Shown piece after piece: positions 19,176 to 27,894 of a DNA stretch of 64,000 bases. Position 1 is the first letter of the stretch; each line of letters opens with the position of its first letter. The translations under genes were made by a program, and so were the position numbers. The stretch is from a virus, in the IMG/VR virus record IMGVR_UViG_3300028666_000002; one strand, given 5' to 3'. Under the pieces are notes generated by a model. That model saw nothing but the letters and a program-made list of their open reading frames with translations, was not told where the DNA came from and did no database searches.

Positions 19176-19622
19176 ATGTCTAAAAAAGTAAGAAGCATTA
19201 ATAGTGGAATGATTGTAGATCCATCCACATTAGATAATTTGAAATACAACAACCCGGCTGGCTCTCAAAAAGTTAGCGAAGTTGGAAAGCATTTGTTGCC
19301 ACTAAAACACATTAGTGGTGGTGCCGTTGCCTATACTACAGACGCAAGCACAGCGCGAGTATTAGATAGGGCTGGAGCTTGTTTGGCTATTTATAACAAT
19401 AGCGGTACTGTTCAGTCACTCACCCTGAATGAAGCCAGTACGATTGCTTCTCTGGCTCCTGGCGTCACTGATTCTGCTGGACATGTTGGAATTCCTTGTA
19501 TGCCTAATTCTTGGACTTATGTAGCTTGCGGATACTCTAATTGGGTTATCACCAGCAGCGCTAATTTGTTGGTTTTCCTGATTAACGATGAGACCTACAT
19601 CACCGTCGAACAAACTTACTAA
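19176..19622 (+). CDS. Hypothetical virion protein
   Basis: AATCTT at 19151; ORF. Confidence 0.5.
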   Translation: MSKKVRSINSGMIVDPSTLDNLKYNNPAGSQKVSEVGKHLLPLKHISGGAVAYTTDASTARVLDRAGACLAIYNNSGTVQSLTLNEASTIASLAPGVTDSAGHVGIPCMPNSWTYVACGYSNWVITSSANLLVFLINDETYITVEQTY

Positions 19623-19631
19623 GGACTACCA

Positions 19632-20630
19632 ATGTCTAATGCTGATCTATTTTTAAAGAAAGCTCTAGGTGAAGATTTTTTTGAATCTTTAGCCAAGGTC
19701 GAACTGTATAAATATGGCACCAGAAGCGTATTAGATATTGAAGAAATCAAAACGGCACTCCAGATAGTTCCTCGCACTATTATCGCCCTTCTTATCAGAG
19801 AGCTTAGTCCCATGAATGTGGGTGATACCAAAGAAATTCCTCTCCTTGTGGGCGTTAATGCTATGATTAGGGCTACTAAACATGAGAGAGATTGTTTTAG
19901 TGGTGATGTTGAAGAAGATTCCAAGAAAATAGCAGAATTCAAATTTAGATCCTTGCCTGGGGTTGGCTTGATAATCATGTCCGCCTTTGAACTTTACGAT
20001 ATGGAGAATCTGATTAACTCTCCAAGTGCATCAGATTTGCCAATGGCACCTGCCCCACTTTCACAGCCTAATTTCGCAGAAGATATCGACAGTAAAGTAC
20101 AAAAGCTCATAGATGAAAGATTGGCCCTTCACAGTCTTGTTGAACAGGTTGTAGAAAAAAAGATAGCACACAAAGATGCTATTCACCAGATGATGTTGGC
20201 TAAGCTTACAGAAGAAATCAGTTCTTTAAAAAATAAGATGGTAGTTGTGTCTGCCAAAACAGAATTGGCTAGAAAAGAGGCAGAAGTGGCTAAACAACTA
20301 AATCCAGCTGTATTTGAGATTGAGGAAGAAAAAGAAACGCCCACTCCTATGAAGAAAAGTCGGCCTTTGCAAGAATTCTTGGAAAAGAGAAAGAAACCTA
20401 AAGAATTCTCTGTACAGATGGCAAAGGGAGAGATGGTTTCTTGTCCAGATTGTGGCAAGGACATTTTTAATGGAAACTCACTAACTCCTTGTATTTGTTA
20501 TGGAGATTATGGTAAAATATTTTTGAAGAAGACGGAGAATGGAATAAAAGTTAGATTCTCTAGAAGTTGGGATATTGATAATATAGAAATGTTATTAGAA
20601 GTATTGAGAAAAAAGAATAAACATGTCTAA
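19632..20630 (+). CDS. Hypothetical head-associated protein (coiled coil + CPDC..CIC zinc finger)
   Basis: LKKAL, MKKS and MAKGE motifs. Confidence 0.5.
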   Translation: MSNADLFLKKALGEDFFESLAKVELYKYGTRSVLDIEEIKTALQIVPRTIIALLIRELSPMNVGDTKEIPLLVGVNAMIRATKHERDCFSGDVEEDSKKIAEFKFRSLPGVGLIIMSAFELYDMENLINSPSASDLPMAPAPLSQPNFAEDIDSKVQKLIDERLALHSLVEQVVEKKIAHKDAIHQMMLAKLTEEISSLKNKMVVVSAKTELARKEAEVAKQLNPAVFEIEEEKETPTPMKKSRPLQEFLEKRKKPKEFSVQMAKGEMVSCPDCGKDIFNGNSLTPCICYGDYGKIFLKKTENGIKVRFSRSWDIDNIEMLLEVLRKKNKHV

Positions 20631-21423
20631 AAAAATTACAATAGAAGAGATCCAAAAAAGAATTTTGAAGATTCACGGGAATACTATTGTTTTAGATATA
20701 GACACTTACGTAGATACTCATACTCGTGCACGTTTTATAGATAGGGAATGTGGAGAATGGTGGGCTATACCAAAAAATGTGTATGGTTTAAAGAATGGTC
20801 ACCCAAATAAAAGAGCAAAAAAAATAAGTAAATCAAAAACTTTAACTATAGATCAGGTAAAAGAAAAAATAAGAGAAAAACACGGAAATTCTGTTATTTT
20901 GATTGAATCTACCTATATAAACACTATTACAAAATGTAAATTTATAGATGAAAAATATGGTGAATGGGAAACTGTTTCACTTAATGTTTTGTATGACAAC
21001 TGTAGGCATCCCAATGGCGGGAAAGAAAGGCGAGAAAATGCTCTCTTAAAGAGTTATGGCGTAAAAAATGCCACTCAAAATAAAGAGATAGCCTTGAGGG
21101 CTGCTAAAAGTGCCAAAAATACTTATATAAAATTCCACTGGAAAACGAATGAAGAACTTGTGTGTCAAGGTTCTTGGGAAGCAAAGGTGGTGGATTATTT
21201 TAATACCAACAAAACCGAGTACGATTGGCAATCTAAAACATTTGCTATGCCAGATGGTAAAACTTATAGACCTGATTTATTTTTAATTAATGAAAATAAA
21301 TGGGTAGAAATCAAGGGAAGATTTAGAATTACGGACAAGTTAAAATGGGAGTGGTTTAAATCTGAAAACCCTACAGCAGAAGTCTGGCAAAAAAGTAAGC
21401 TAAAAGAAATGGGAATTTTATAA
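20623..21423 (+). CDS. PD-(D/E)XK-type homing endonuclease
   Basis: Two N-terminal repeats (I...HGN.I.L...TY....T...FID...GEW), C-term YRPDLFL..WVEIKG. Confidence 0.75.
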   Translation: MSKKITIEEIQKRILKIHGNTIVLDIDTYVDTHTRARFIDRECGEWWAIPKNVYGLKNGHPNKRAKKISKSKTLTIDQVKEKIREKHGNSVILIESTYINTITKCKFIDEKYGEWETVSLNVLYDNCRHPNGGKERRENALLKSYGVKNATQNKEIALRAAKSAKNTYIKFHWKTNEELVCQGSWEAKVVDYFNTNKTEYDWQSKTFAMPDGKTYRPDLFLINENKWVEIKGRFRITDKLKWEWFKSENPTAEVWQKSKLKEMGIL

Positions 21424-21424
21424 C

Positions 21425-23503
21425 ATGGATAAATCAGATAACATTGTATACATATCTTACGATGCGGATAGTGCGGGTCGCAAAATCGGTCAAGCGGTTT
21501 TGAACGATGATCCTGATGAAATGTCCAGAATTTCTGAACGCATTAAGGTCGGCAACGATCTGTTTAGCCGATGGGCAAAAGAACGAGATGGTAAGCAATA
21601 TTCTTCTGGTGGCGATCAAGGCGTATACGCTATTGATAAAAAGCATGTTGAAGGATTGGAAAAGCTAAGAAAGGATTACCACTATCTTACCGGCTTAACC
21701 GTATCTATAGGAATAGGTGTCCATCTATCCGAATCGGGACAAGCCCTCTTAATGGCAAAGTTAAAAGGGAAAAATCAGATAGTGTCTTTTGACAAAGAAA
21801 CAAAGAAAGAGATTCAGCAAATAAAAAAGCGAGTTAAGAAAGGAAAATTTAAGTCCATGGAAGAATATAAGATTGCAGAATCTTACCTGGACAAATCTGA
21901 GGCGGTTAAATCTATGAAAAAAGCTGAAAGTATCAATAATCAGAAATTAGAGGATGCTACTGAAACCGCCAATTATCAAGAGAAGCCAGAGGCTACTCAT
22001 GATGATTGTGAATATTGCAATCATCAAGAGAAGCCAGAGGCTACTCATGATGATTGTGAATATTGCAATCAAACTGATGGGATTGATCCTAATCATTGTG
22101 AATTTTGTCATGATGCTGAAACTGCAGAAGGTGAAGAGCCCTGCGAATTTTGCGATAGTTCAAAAGAATTAAATAATCCCGAAGCGTGTGAGTTTTGCAA
22201 TAGTGCTGAAACTCCAGAAGGCGAAGAGCCTTGCAAATTTTGTAGTTATGATGAGCCAGTAGATGAGGCGTTAGATTTTCCTGAGTTGGCAGAACAAGAT
22301 GATGAATTTGCTAATGCCCCTGAAAACCAGGGCTATGGAGAAAATGTAAAAACTCATCCAGACGGTCTTGGTACGAGCCTTGATTCCAACAATGATCAAG
22401 CTCCCGCTGGTTCGCCAGAAGAACATGAGCAATATGAAAAAATGGGAATGACTCCGCCAATGATAGGAAAGCCTACTTCTGAAGATCATGCCCCGCTCGG
22501 CCAAAATGCTCCCATGGCCTATGGTGCTGCTCCAGAATCAGCTAATGAAGATCCAGATGCAGAAACATTGGCCTATCAAGATCCTAGGGCCGCTGAAGGG
22601 GAAGCTGCAATAGATCCAGAAGATAATCATTCTAAAGAGGCCTTACTATCTATCGCTAGTGAAATAGAAAATGATGGTAATCCTCCCGCCCATGAAGCTG
22701 ACAGCATAGACGATACTCAAATTACTAATGATAGAATGGAAGGCAACACTAGTAGGCCAGATGGGTTCGAACAAAACACTCCTAGTGATATGGGCACAGC
22801 TGGTCCTAATAATACCGATCCAAATGATAACGAACCAGACTTTTATGGTGTTTTAGAGGAAGGTTTGAATCATGACGCCGATGGTATTCAAAAAGAAAAG
22901 GCTATCAAGTCTGTTTCTCAAGCACTAATGCAATTCAAGGGCTGTAAAGATATGCTAGAACAGTCTAAGGCTCAGATGCCACAACTTTATCAGGCTTCTA
23001 TTTCTATGCTAAAAGCCATGATTGAAATGGCTACTATGCTCGGATTAGGACAAAGCGGGGCCGGATTAGGACAAGAATCAGGACAAAATTCTGAATTAGG
23101 ACAAACACAAGAATCTCTGATGCCAGAACAACCTGAGCAATCGGCACAGCCCCAACAGGAGAATGACTGGCATGAGCCCTTTCCTACACATCCAGATCAG
23201 GGTGGAGAAGCTAAGCCCGGTCACGCGCCGTCTAGCAATGAAGAGGAGGATTCTCCCTCCCCACAGTCCCAAGCCGGTAGCGTAGGAACGCCTATCGGCA
23301 AATTATCAGCCAAACACACTACCGAACACGTTGCTAGAAATCCGATGCCAATAGGAGCAATCAATGTTTCTGGTCAGCAGAAGGTTATGGATGATCAGGG
23401 TAAAATAAGATTCATCGATAGAAAGCAAGGTCTTGTTATGGGTCCGTCTGGGGTTCCCGTAAAGCCTCCAAAAATGGGCAATGAAGTTTCTAAAAATAGG
23501 TAA
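21425..23503 (+). CDS. mCpol (minimal CRISPR polymerase/GGDEF-like) domain fused to Cys-rich and acidic head-protein region
   Basis: YISYDADSAGRKI, SGGDQG, TVSIGIG..LSESGQALLMAKLKGKN; followed by LDKSE/MKKAE motifs. Confidence 0.7.
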   Translation: MDKSDNIVYISYDADSAGRKIGQAVLNDDPDEMSRISERIKVGNDLFSRWAKERDGKQYSSGGDQGVYAIDKKHVEGLEKLRKDYHYLTGLTVSIGIGVHLSESGQALLMAKLKGKNQIVSFDKETKKEIQQIKKRVKKGKFKSMEEYKIAESYLDKSEAVKSMKKAESINNQKLEDATETANYQEKPEATHDDCEYCNHQEKPEATHDDCEYCNQTDGIDPNHCEFCHDAETAEGEEPCEFCDSSKELNNPEACEFCNSAETPEGEEPCKFCSYDEPVDEALDFPELAEQDDEFANAPENQGYGENVKTHPDGLGTSLDSNNDQAPAGSPEEHEQYEKMGMTPPMIGKPTSEDHAPLGQNAPMAYGAAPESANEDPDAETLAYQDPRAAEGEAAIDPEDNHSKEALLSIASEIENDGNPPAHEADSIDDTQITNDRMEGNTSRPDGFEQNTPSDMGTAGPNNTDPNDNEPDFYGVLEEGLNHDADGIQKEKAIKSVSQALMQFKGCKDMLEQSKAQMPQLYQASISMLKAMIEMATMLGLGQSGAGLGQESGQNSELGQTQESLMPEQPEQSAQPQQENDWHEPFPTHPDQGGEAKPGHAPSSNEEEDSPSPQSQAGSVGTPIGKLSAKHTTEHVARNPMPIGAINVSGQQKVMDDQGKIRFIDRKQGLVMGPSGVPVKPPKMGNEVSKNR
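21975..22070 (+). repeat. Perfect 48-bp tandem duplication (QEKPEATHDDCEYCN x2)
   Basis: Identical units starting at 21975 and 22023. Confidence 0.95.
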
Positions 23504-23506
23504 GAA

Positions 23507-24256
23507 ATGTCTTTAAGAATTAAGATAGATGTTCAATCTCTTTCAAAGCAATTAAAAGAATATGCTATGGAAGCAGAAGCAGATATGAGGAAAGGGGTAG
23601 CCAATCTATCTGCTTTATCTCATGCTAAAATTAGAGATCTAGCTGCAGAAAAATTACATTCTACCAGAAATACATTTTTAGACAATCTATCTCAAGTAGA
23701 GGAAGTGGTTCCTGGCGTATTTGTTATAACATTGAATGAAGCAGCATTATTTATAGAAGAAGGGATGGAAAGACATGATATGAAGCCCGATCTTTTAAAG
23801 AAGAATGCTAAAGTGGGCAAAAATGGAAGATATAAGATAATTCCATTCGAACATTCTAAACTTCCGCAGAACATGACTGGAAAAGAACAGAATATAGTAC
23901 AACAAATTAAACAGAAATTGAAGGAAGAAAAAGTACCATTTAAGAAAATTGAATATGACGCAAAGGGAAATCCTAAAACAGGAAAGCTTCATAGTTTTAA
24001 TTGGGGTGGAGAAAGGCCCGGCAAGGGCAATACTGGAGTCCTACAAAGAGTTAGTATTTATCAATCAAAAGGGCCTACAGGAAATATTCGTAGAGATATA
24101 ATGACATTTAGAACGGTGAGCGAAGGACAGACAGATAAGTGGTACCATCCAGGAATTAAAGCGGCGAAAATATTAGATGAAGCTGGAGACTGGGCTGAAA
24201 AAGAATTTTACAATTCAATACTTCCAGAAATCATTGCAAAATGGAATGGTAGATAA
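23507..24256 (+). CDS. Neck/tail-completion protein (HK97 gp10-like)
   Basis: IEEG...DMKPDLL, IIPFEH, TFRTVS..W.HPG motifs. Confidence 0.65.
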   Translation: MSLRIKIDVQSLSKQLKEYAMEAEADMRKGVANLSALSHAKIRDLAAEKLHSTRNTFLDNLSQVEEVVPGVFVITLNEAALFIEEGMERHDMKPDLLKKNAKVGKNGRYKIIPFEHSKLPQNMTGKEQNIVQQIKQKLKEEKVPFKKIEYDAKGNPKTGKLHSFNWGGERPGKGNTGVLQRVSIYQSKGPTGNIRRDIMTFRTVSEGQTDKWYHPGIKAAKILDEAGDWAEKEFYNSILPEIIAKWNGR

Positions 24257-25022
24257 ACAATAATCCTTTTACAGATTTCATTTTCCCTTTACAAACTTTC
24301 ACTATATCACTATTGTCACATTTATTTTTTGCAGCTGCTTCTATAATTGAATTATAGATTTCCAAAATAATCCTGTCTGAATTAATTTTTGCTACCCTCT
24401 TATTGTTTGTAATAGGTTTATTTTTTGGTATTGATTTTTTTCTCGGTAGTACTGCATCTATTTTTTTATTTTTAAAAAATTTCCACTGATATCCGCCAGC
24501 ACTTTTTTTCTTTCCTTTACAACATTTTCCTATATCGGAATTGTTAATATTGGTAATTAAAAAAGCATCTGCGCTAGAAGAATGTTCTTTTATAAAAAAA
24601 CCATCTTTCGTATATTGATATACAGGGATAAGGTGTGCCTCTCTTATTTTTCTTTTTTGATCTGCGCTGTGTTTCCTACCTTTTCCGGCTTTAGACAAAA
24701 GTTTGCGGGTTTCATCTGATATAAAACTCCCCCTACCATTACCTCCACTTGATAAGTTATAGCCATTTTTCATAGAATTATAGTATTCTATCCAATAAAT
24801 TTCTTTATTATTGAGATCTTCCAATGAATCTGCCGTATCTATAGTCTCTATTTTAAAGTTTTCAACCCCATATTTTTTGATAGCAAAAGAAAGTTTTCTA
24901 CATCCTCTATCGGGCTTTAAGTGATATTTAAAATGTTCTAAAACTCTTTCTTCTACCGTTCTAGTAGTTTGACCTATATAGCTTTTGCCATCTATGATAT
25001 TAGTAAGTTTGTAGACATACAT
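24231..25022 (-). CDS. GIY-YIG homing endonuclease (NUMOD3, 2x NUMOD1), antisense to operon
   Basis: VYKLTN..SYIGQT..ER..H, EIYWI..GYN. Confidence 0.9.
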   Translation of the reverse strand: MYVYKLTNIIDGKSYIGQTTRTVEERVLEHFKYHLKPDRGCRKLSFAIKKYGVENFKIETIDTADSLEDLNNKEIYWIEYYNSMKNGYNLSSGGNGRGSFISDETRKLLSKAGKGRKHSADQKRKIREAHLIPVYQYTKDGFFIKEHSSSADAFLITNINNSDIGKCCKGKKKSAGGYQWKFFKNKKIDAVLPRKKSIPKNKPITNNKRVAKINSDRIILEIYNSIIEAAAKNKCDNSDIVKVCKGKMKSVKGLLFIYHSILQ

Positions 25023-25110
25023 ATAGAAAAGATTGTGTTAGGCATTTCGAAAATGGGAATCTCATACACTAATCTTAATATAAATATTCAAATAAATCAA
25101 TAGGGTAATT

Positions 25111-26124
25111 ATGGGATTTTTTCCGTCAGATGCAGTGCTACAAACGGTCGTTAGGCTGTTTTTAGATGATATGCGCAATAATATATGGTTGATCGATCAT
25201 ATGATGGAAGATTTTGTCAAAAATCCTTATCTCAAGAAAGCATATGGTCAGAAACAGATCGATGCATGTAAGGAATTTCTCCTTAATAATCAAATAGATG
25301 TTTATGTAGGATGGCAATCTGGCAAAATAAAACCACCATGTATTTCCATAGGATTAGGGCCGATGCCAGAGCGCGAAGGTCTAAAATTCATGGCCGATAA
25401 GGATACGGAAGAGATTGTTCTTCTTCCTAATGAGATTGGTAAACCGATAGCCTATATGGTTAAACCCTTTGTTCCTACTGGTTACGATGAAACCACAGGG
25501 GAATTGGGATTACCAACAAATATAGAGATAGACCAGATAGCTCCTGGGATGGTTTTAGTTAACCCAACCAATGCTATTGGATATACTATACAAAGTATAA
25601 CGGCAAATAGTTTATTTATCGATCCTGGACTAGCCATAGATGCTAGCAAACTTGGGATTCTTCCTCGTTATCCCTTTTATAAAGCTAGAGTGGAACATAC
25701 CTATTCAACTGGCAATTACAATATCATCTGTACGGCCCATGGCGACCCCCAAAATGCCATTTGGCTACACGACATCACCTTATATGGTCTTTTACGTTAT
25801 AAAGAGAGTTTACTAGAAGCCCTAGGACTTTCTGAAACAGTAATGTCTTCGGGACCGTTGGAAGTTAATCAAGAATTAGGCACTCCTGGTGGGGATACTG
25901 TTTGGGATAGAACCATTTCTCTCGTGGGTCAAATTGAAAATACATTTATAAAACAACCGCATCGTCTCATCGAAGTAATTAATTTTAAAAAGAAAATAGG
26001 CAAAGGTCCAAAATCTGGTTGGACTGGCGGCATTATCTTCTTGGCTAATAAAACCACACCAGCTTTCATGATGGATAACGATGAGCCTTGGTCTACCGTG
26101 GAAGATGATGATTCCGAAGATTAA
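25111..26124 (+). CDS. Putative tail terminator/sheath stabiliser
   Basis: PCISIGLG motif; position upstream of sheath. Confidence 0.5.
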   Translation: MGFFPSDAVLQTVVRLFLDDMRNNIWLIDHMMEDFVKNPYLKKAYGQKQIDACKEFLLNNQIDVYVGWQSGKIKPPCISIGLGPMPEREGLKFMADKDTEEIVLLPNEIGKPIAYMVKPFVPTGYDETTGELGLPTNIEIDQIAPGMVLVNPTNAIGYTIQSITANSLFIDPGLAIDASKLGILPRYPFYKARVEHTYSTGNYNIICTAHGDPQNAIWLHDITLYGLLRYKESLLEALGLSETVMSSGPLEVNQELGTPGGDTVWDRTISLVGQIENTFIKQPHRLIEVINFKKKIGKGPKSGWTGGIIFLANKTTPAFMMDNDEPWSTVEDDDSED

Positions 26125-26141
26125 GCAATCTTATTAATACT

Positions 26142-26486
26142 ATGCCAGGATTTATTAAAACGCCAGCTGATGAGAAAAAGTGGAACGCCATCAAGCATTC
26201 TGTAGCGAAACAACGAGGTAAAAGCGTTGAAGATTTTACAGATAGAGATTGGGCTACGGTCAATGGAGCTTGGCATAAGAGTGAATTTGAAGAAATCACC
26301 AAATCTATCGCTTCCATGCCACGCATGCCAAGTGGGATGAAGATGCCTAAGCCTAAAAGCATGCCTCAAGCCCTCGATAAACCTTCGAAGTTTTTCAAAT
26401 CAGAACCAGAAGAATTTTCTCATATGAAACACCCTACTTTGATGAAATTACGTGATTTTTTGAAACATACTCGTAGTAAAAAATAA
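26142..26486 (+). CDS. Small basic head-associated protein
   Basis: MPGFIKTPADEKKW; WHKSE, ITKSI and FFKSE motifs. Confidence 0.55.
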   Translation: MPGFIKTPADEKKWNAIKHSVAKQRGKSVEDFTDRDWATVNGAWHKSEFEEITKSIASMPRMPSGMKMPKPKSMPQALDKPSKFFKSEPEEFSHMKHPTLMKLRDFLKHTRSKK

Positions 26487-26563
26487 GATTAATAAAATCA
26501 AATACTTAAGGTAAATACTAGGCAGGGGCACACAATCTTAACACTAGGTATGGAGACTTGAGC

Positions 26564-27610
26564 ATGGCTAATTCAGATAAACAGCTTACGGCAAAACAAG
26601 TGGCGACTGCTGTATTAGAAAAAGTAGGCGAACTTCTGCACAAATGTGAGCTTATGAAGGCAGAAAGTTACAAACCTCAAAATTCTGGTAAAGAAAATGC
26701 TAAGCCATCTGAACATAACTCTAAAGATGCTATGCAACATGCTGATGGACCGGGGCCGAAGGGTGAAATTCATCCTAAAGAAACAGAGGTTGGGGCGCCG
26801 ACCAATGAAAGCAGGCCTACTCCTGCTCCGGGAAATAACCCGAAAGAAAAGGCGGAAGGCAATAACGAGCTTGCAGGCACCACGCCAACTCAAGTTGGTC
26901 AAGATGGAAAGAATAAGCCTGGATATGATGAAATGAAAGGCCACCTAAAGTTGGCAAAGTTTATTGGACGTATGGAAGGGAAGAGAGAAAGAAATCTTTC
27001 TAATACGCAGACTCAAGGAGAGTCAACGACTCAACATAAAGAAGTTGTTAGCGGGATGAATAAATCAGAAGATTTGGCAAAAGCCGAAGCATTTAACCCT
27101 GCTAAAGCTACGGCACCTGCGGCTACGGCTGCAAAGCCGGGGTCTGCTAATTCTCCGACTAAAACTAACACAGAAACTGGTGGTTCAAGCCCCGGTGGCG
27201 CTTCAACGGGCGGAGTCGGAAGCGGTCTTGGTGGTGCTGGCACAGGCGGCGCCGCAACAGGCGGCGCTTCTACCGGTGGTGCTGGCACGGTAAATGTAAC
27301 AATTTCTGGTAGTAGCAGTACGGATACGAGTTCTGGAGCCGGTGCTAAAAAAGGTGACGGCGGTGGCAAACCTGCAGCCCCAATCACCATCAATATAAGC
27401 AATGTTGGTGGTACAACCGATGCTGGTAATGTTGCAAGCGGTGACGGTCCTGGTGCTTCGGGTTCAGGCGGTACTGCTCCGAATGGCTTTGGTGGTGGCG
27501 GCGGCGGAGCTTCTCCAGATGAGCCAAAGAATTTTAGTACGCAAGGCAAAGATAAGATGGTGAAGAGTCAGTACGGTATGCACACTCTTGAATGGCGCAA
27601 GGCTAACTAA
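26564..27610 (+). CDS. Low-complexity Gly/Ser-rich head-associated protein
   Basis: LMKAE, MNKSE, LAKAE and MVKSQ motifs; ATG after GGAG. Confidence 0.55.
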   Translation: MANSDKQLTAKQVATAVLEKVGELLHKCELMKAESYKPQNSGKENAKPSEHNSKDAMQHADGPGPKGEIHPKETEVGAPTNESRPTPAPGNNPKEKAEGNNELAGTTPTQVGQDGKNKPGYDEMKGHLKLAKFIGRMEGKRERNLSNTQTQGESTTQHKEVVSGMNKSEDLAKAEAFNPAKATAPAATAAKPGSANSPTKTNTETGGSSPGGASTGGVGSGLGGAGTGGAATGGASTGGAGTVNVTISGSSSTDTSSGAGAKKGDGGGKPAAPITINISNVGGTTDAGNVASGDGPGASGSGGTAPNGFGGGGGGASPDEPKNFSTQGKDKMVKSQYGMHTLEWRKAN

Positions 27611-27613
27611 TTT

Positions 27614-27883
27614 ATGGCTAAAGAAAAACAAATTAAAGAGAGTATGTCTCTAGAAGAGGCCAAGGCCTATAGAGCTTCTCAGTATAAGCCAACTATTGTT
27701 CCTTTATCTGATAAGGAAAAGAGAGAACAGTTTAGGCTTTTTTGGGCTCAATCAAAAAAGAAGTATGGCAAATCGAAAGAATTAGAACAGATCTTGTGGA
27801 TATACTTGAAGGCCACAGGACATGACGAACCGGAAAAGTTTGATGCGGGTGTTCGTCATTTTGGATTTAAGATAGGGAAATAG
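27614..27883 (+). CDS. Conserved small protein upstream of sheath
   Basis: Position typical of large myophages. Confidence 0.5.
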   Translation: MAKEKQIKESMSLEEAKAYRASQYKPTIVPLSDKEKREQFRLFWAQSKKKYGKSKELEQILWIYLKATGHDEPEKFDAGVRHFGFKIGK

Positions 27884-27894
27884 GGAGAATAATC

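Noticed and set aside
22095-22112. CxxCH heme-binding motif (CEFCH)
   Set aside because: Only one of six CxxC repeats has the His; no export signal
13795-25022. Group I introns around the GIY-YIG genes
   Set aside because: Flanking genes appear intact and the endonuclease ORFs abut them, leaving no room for intron cores
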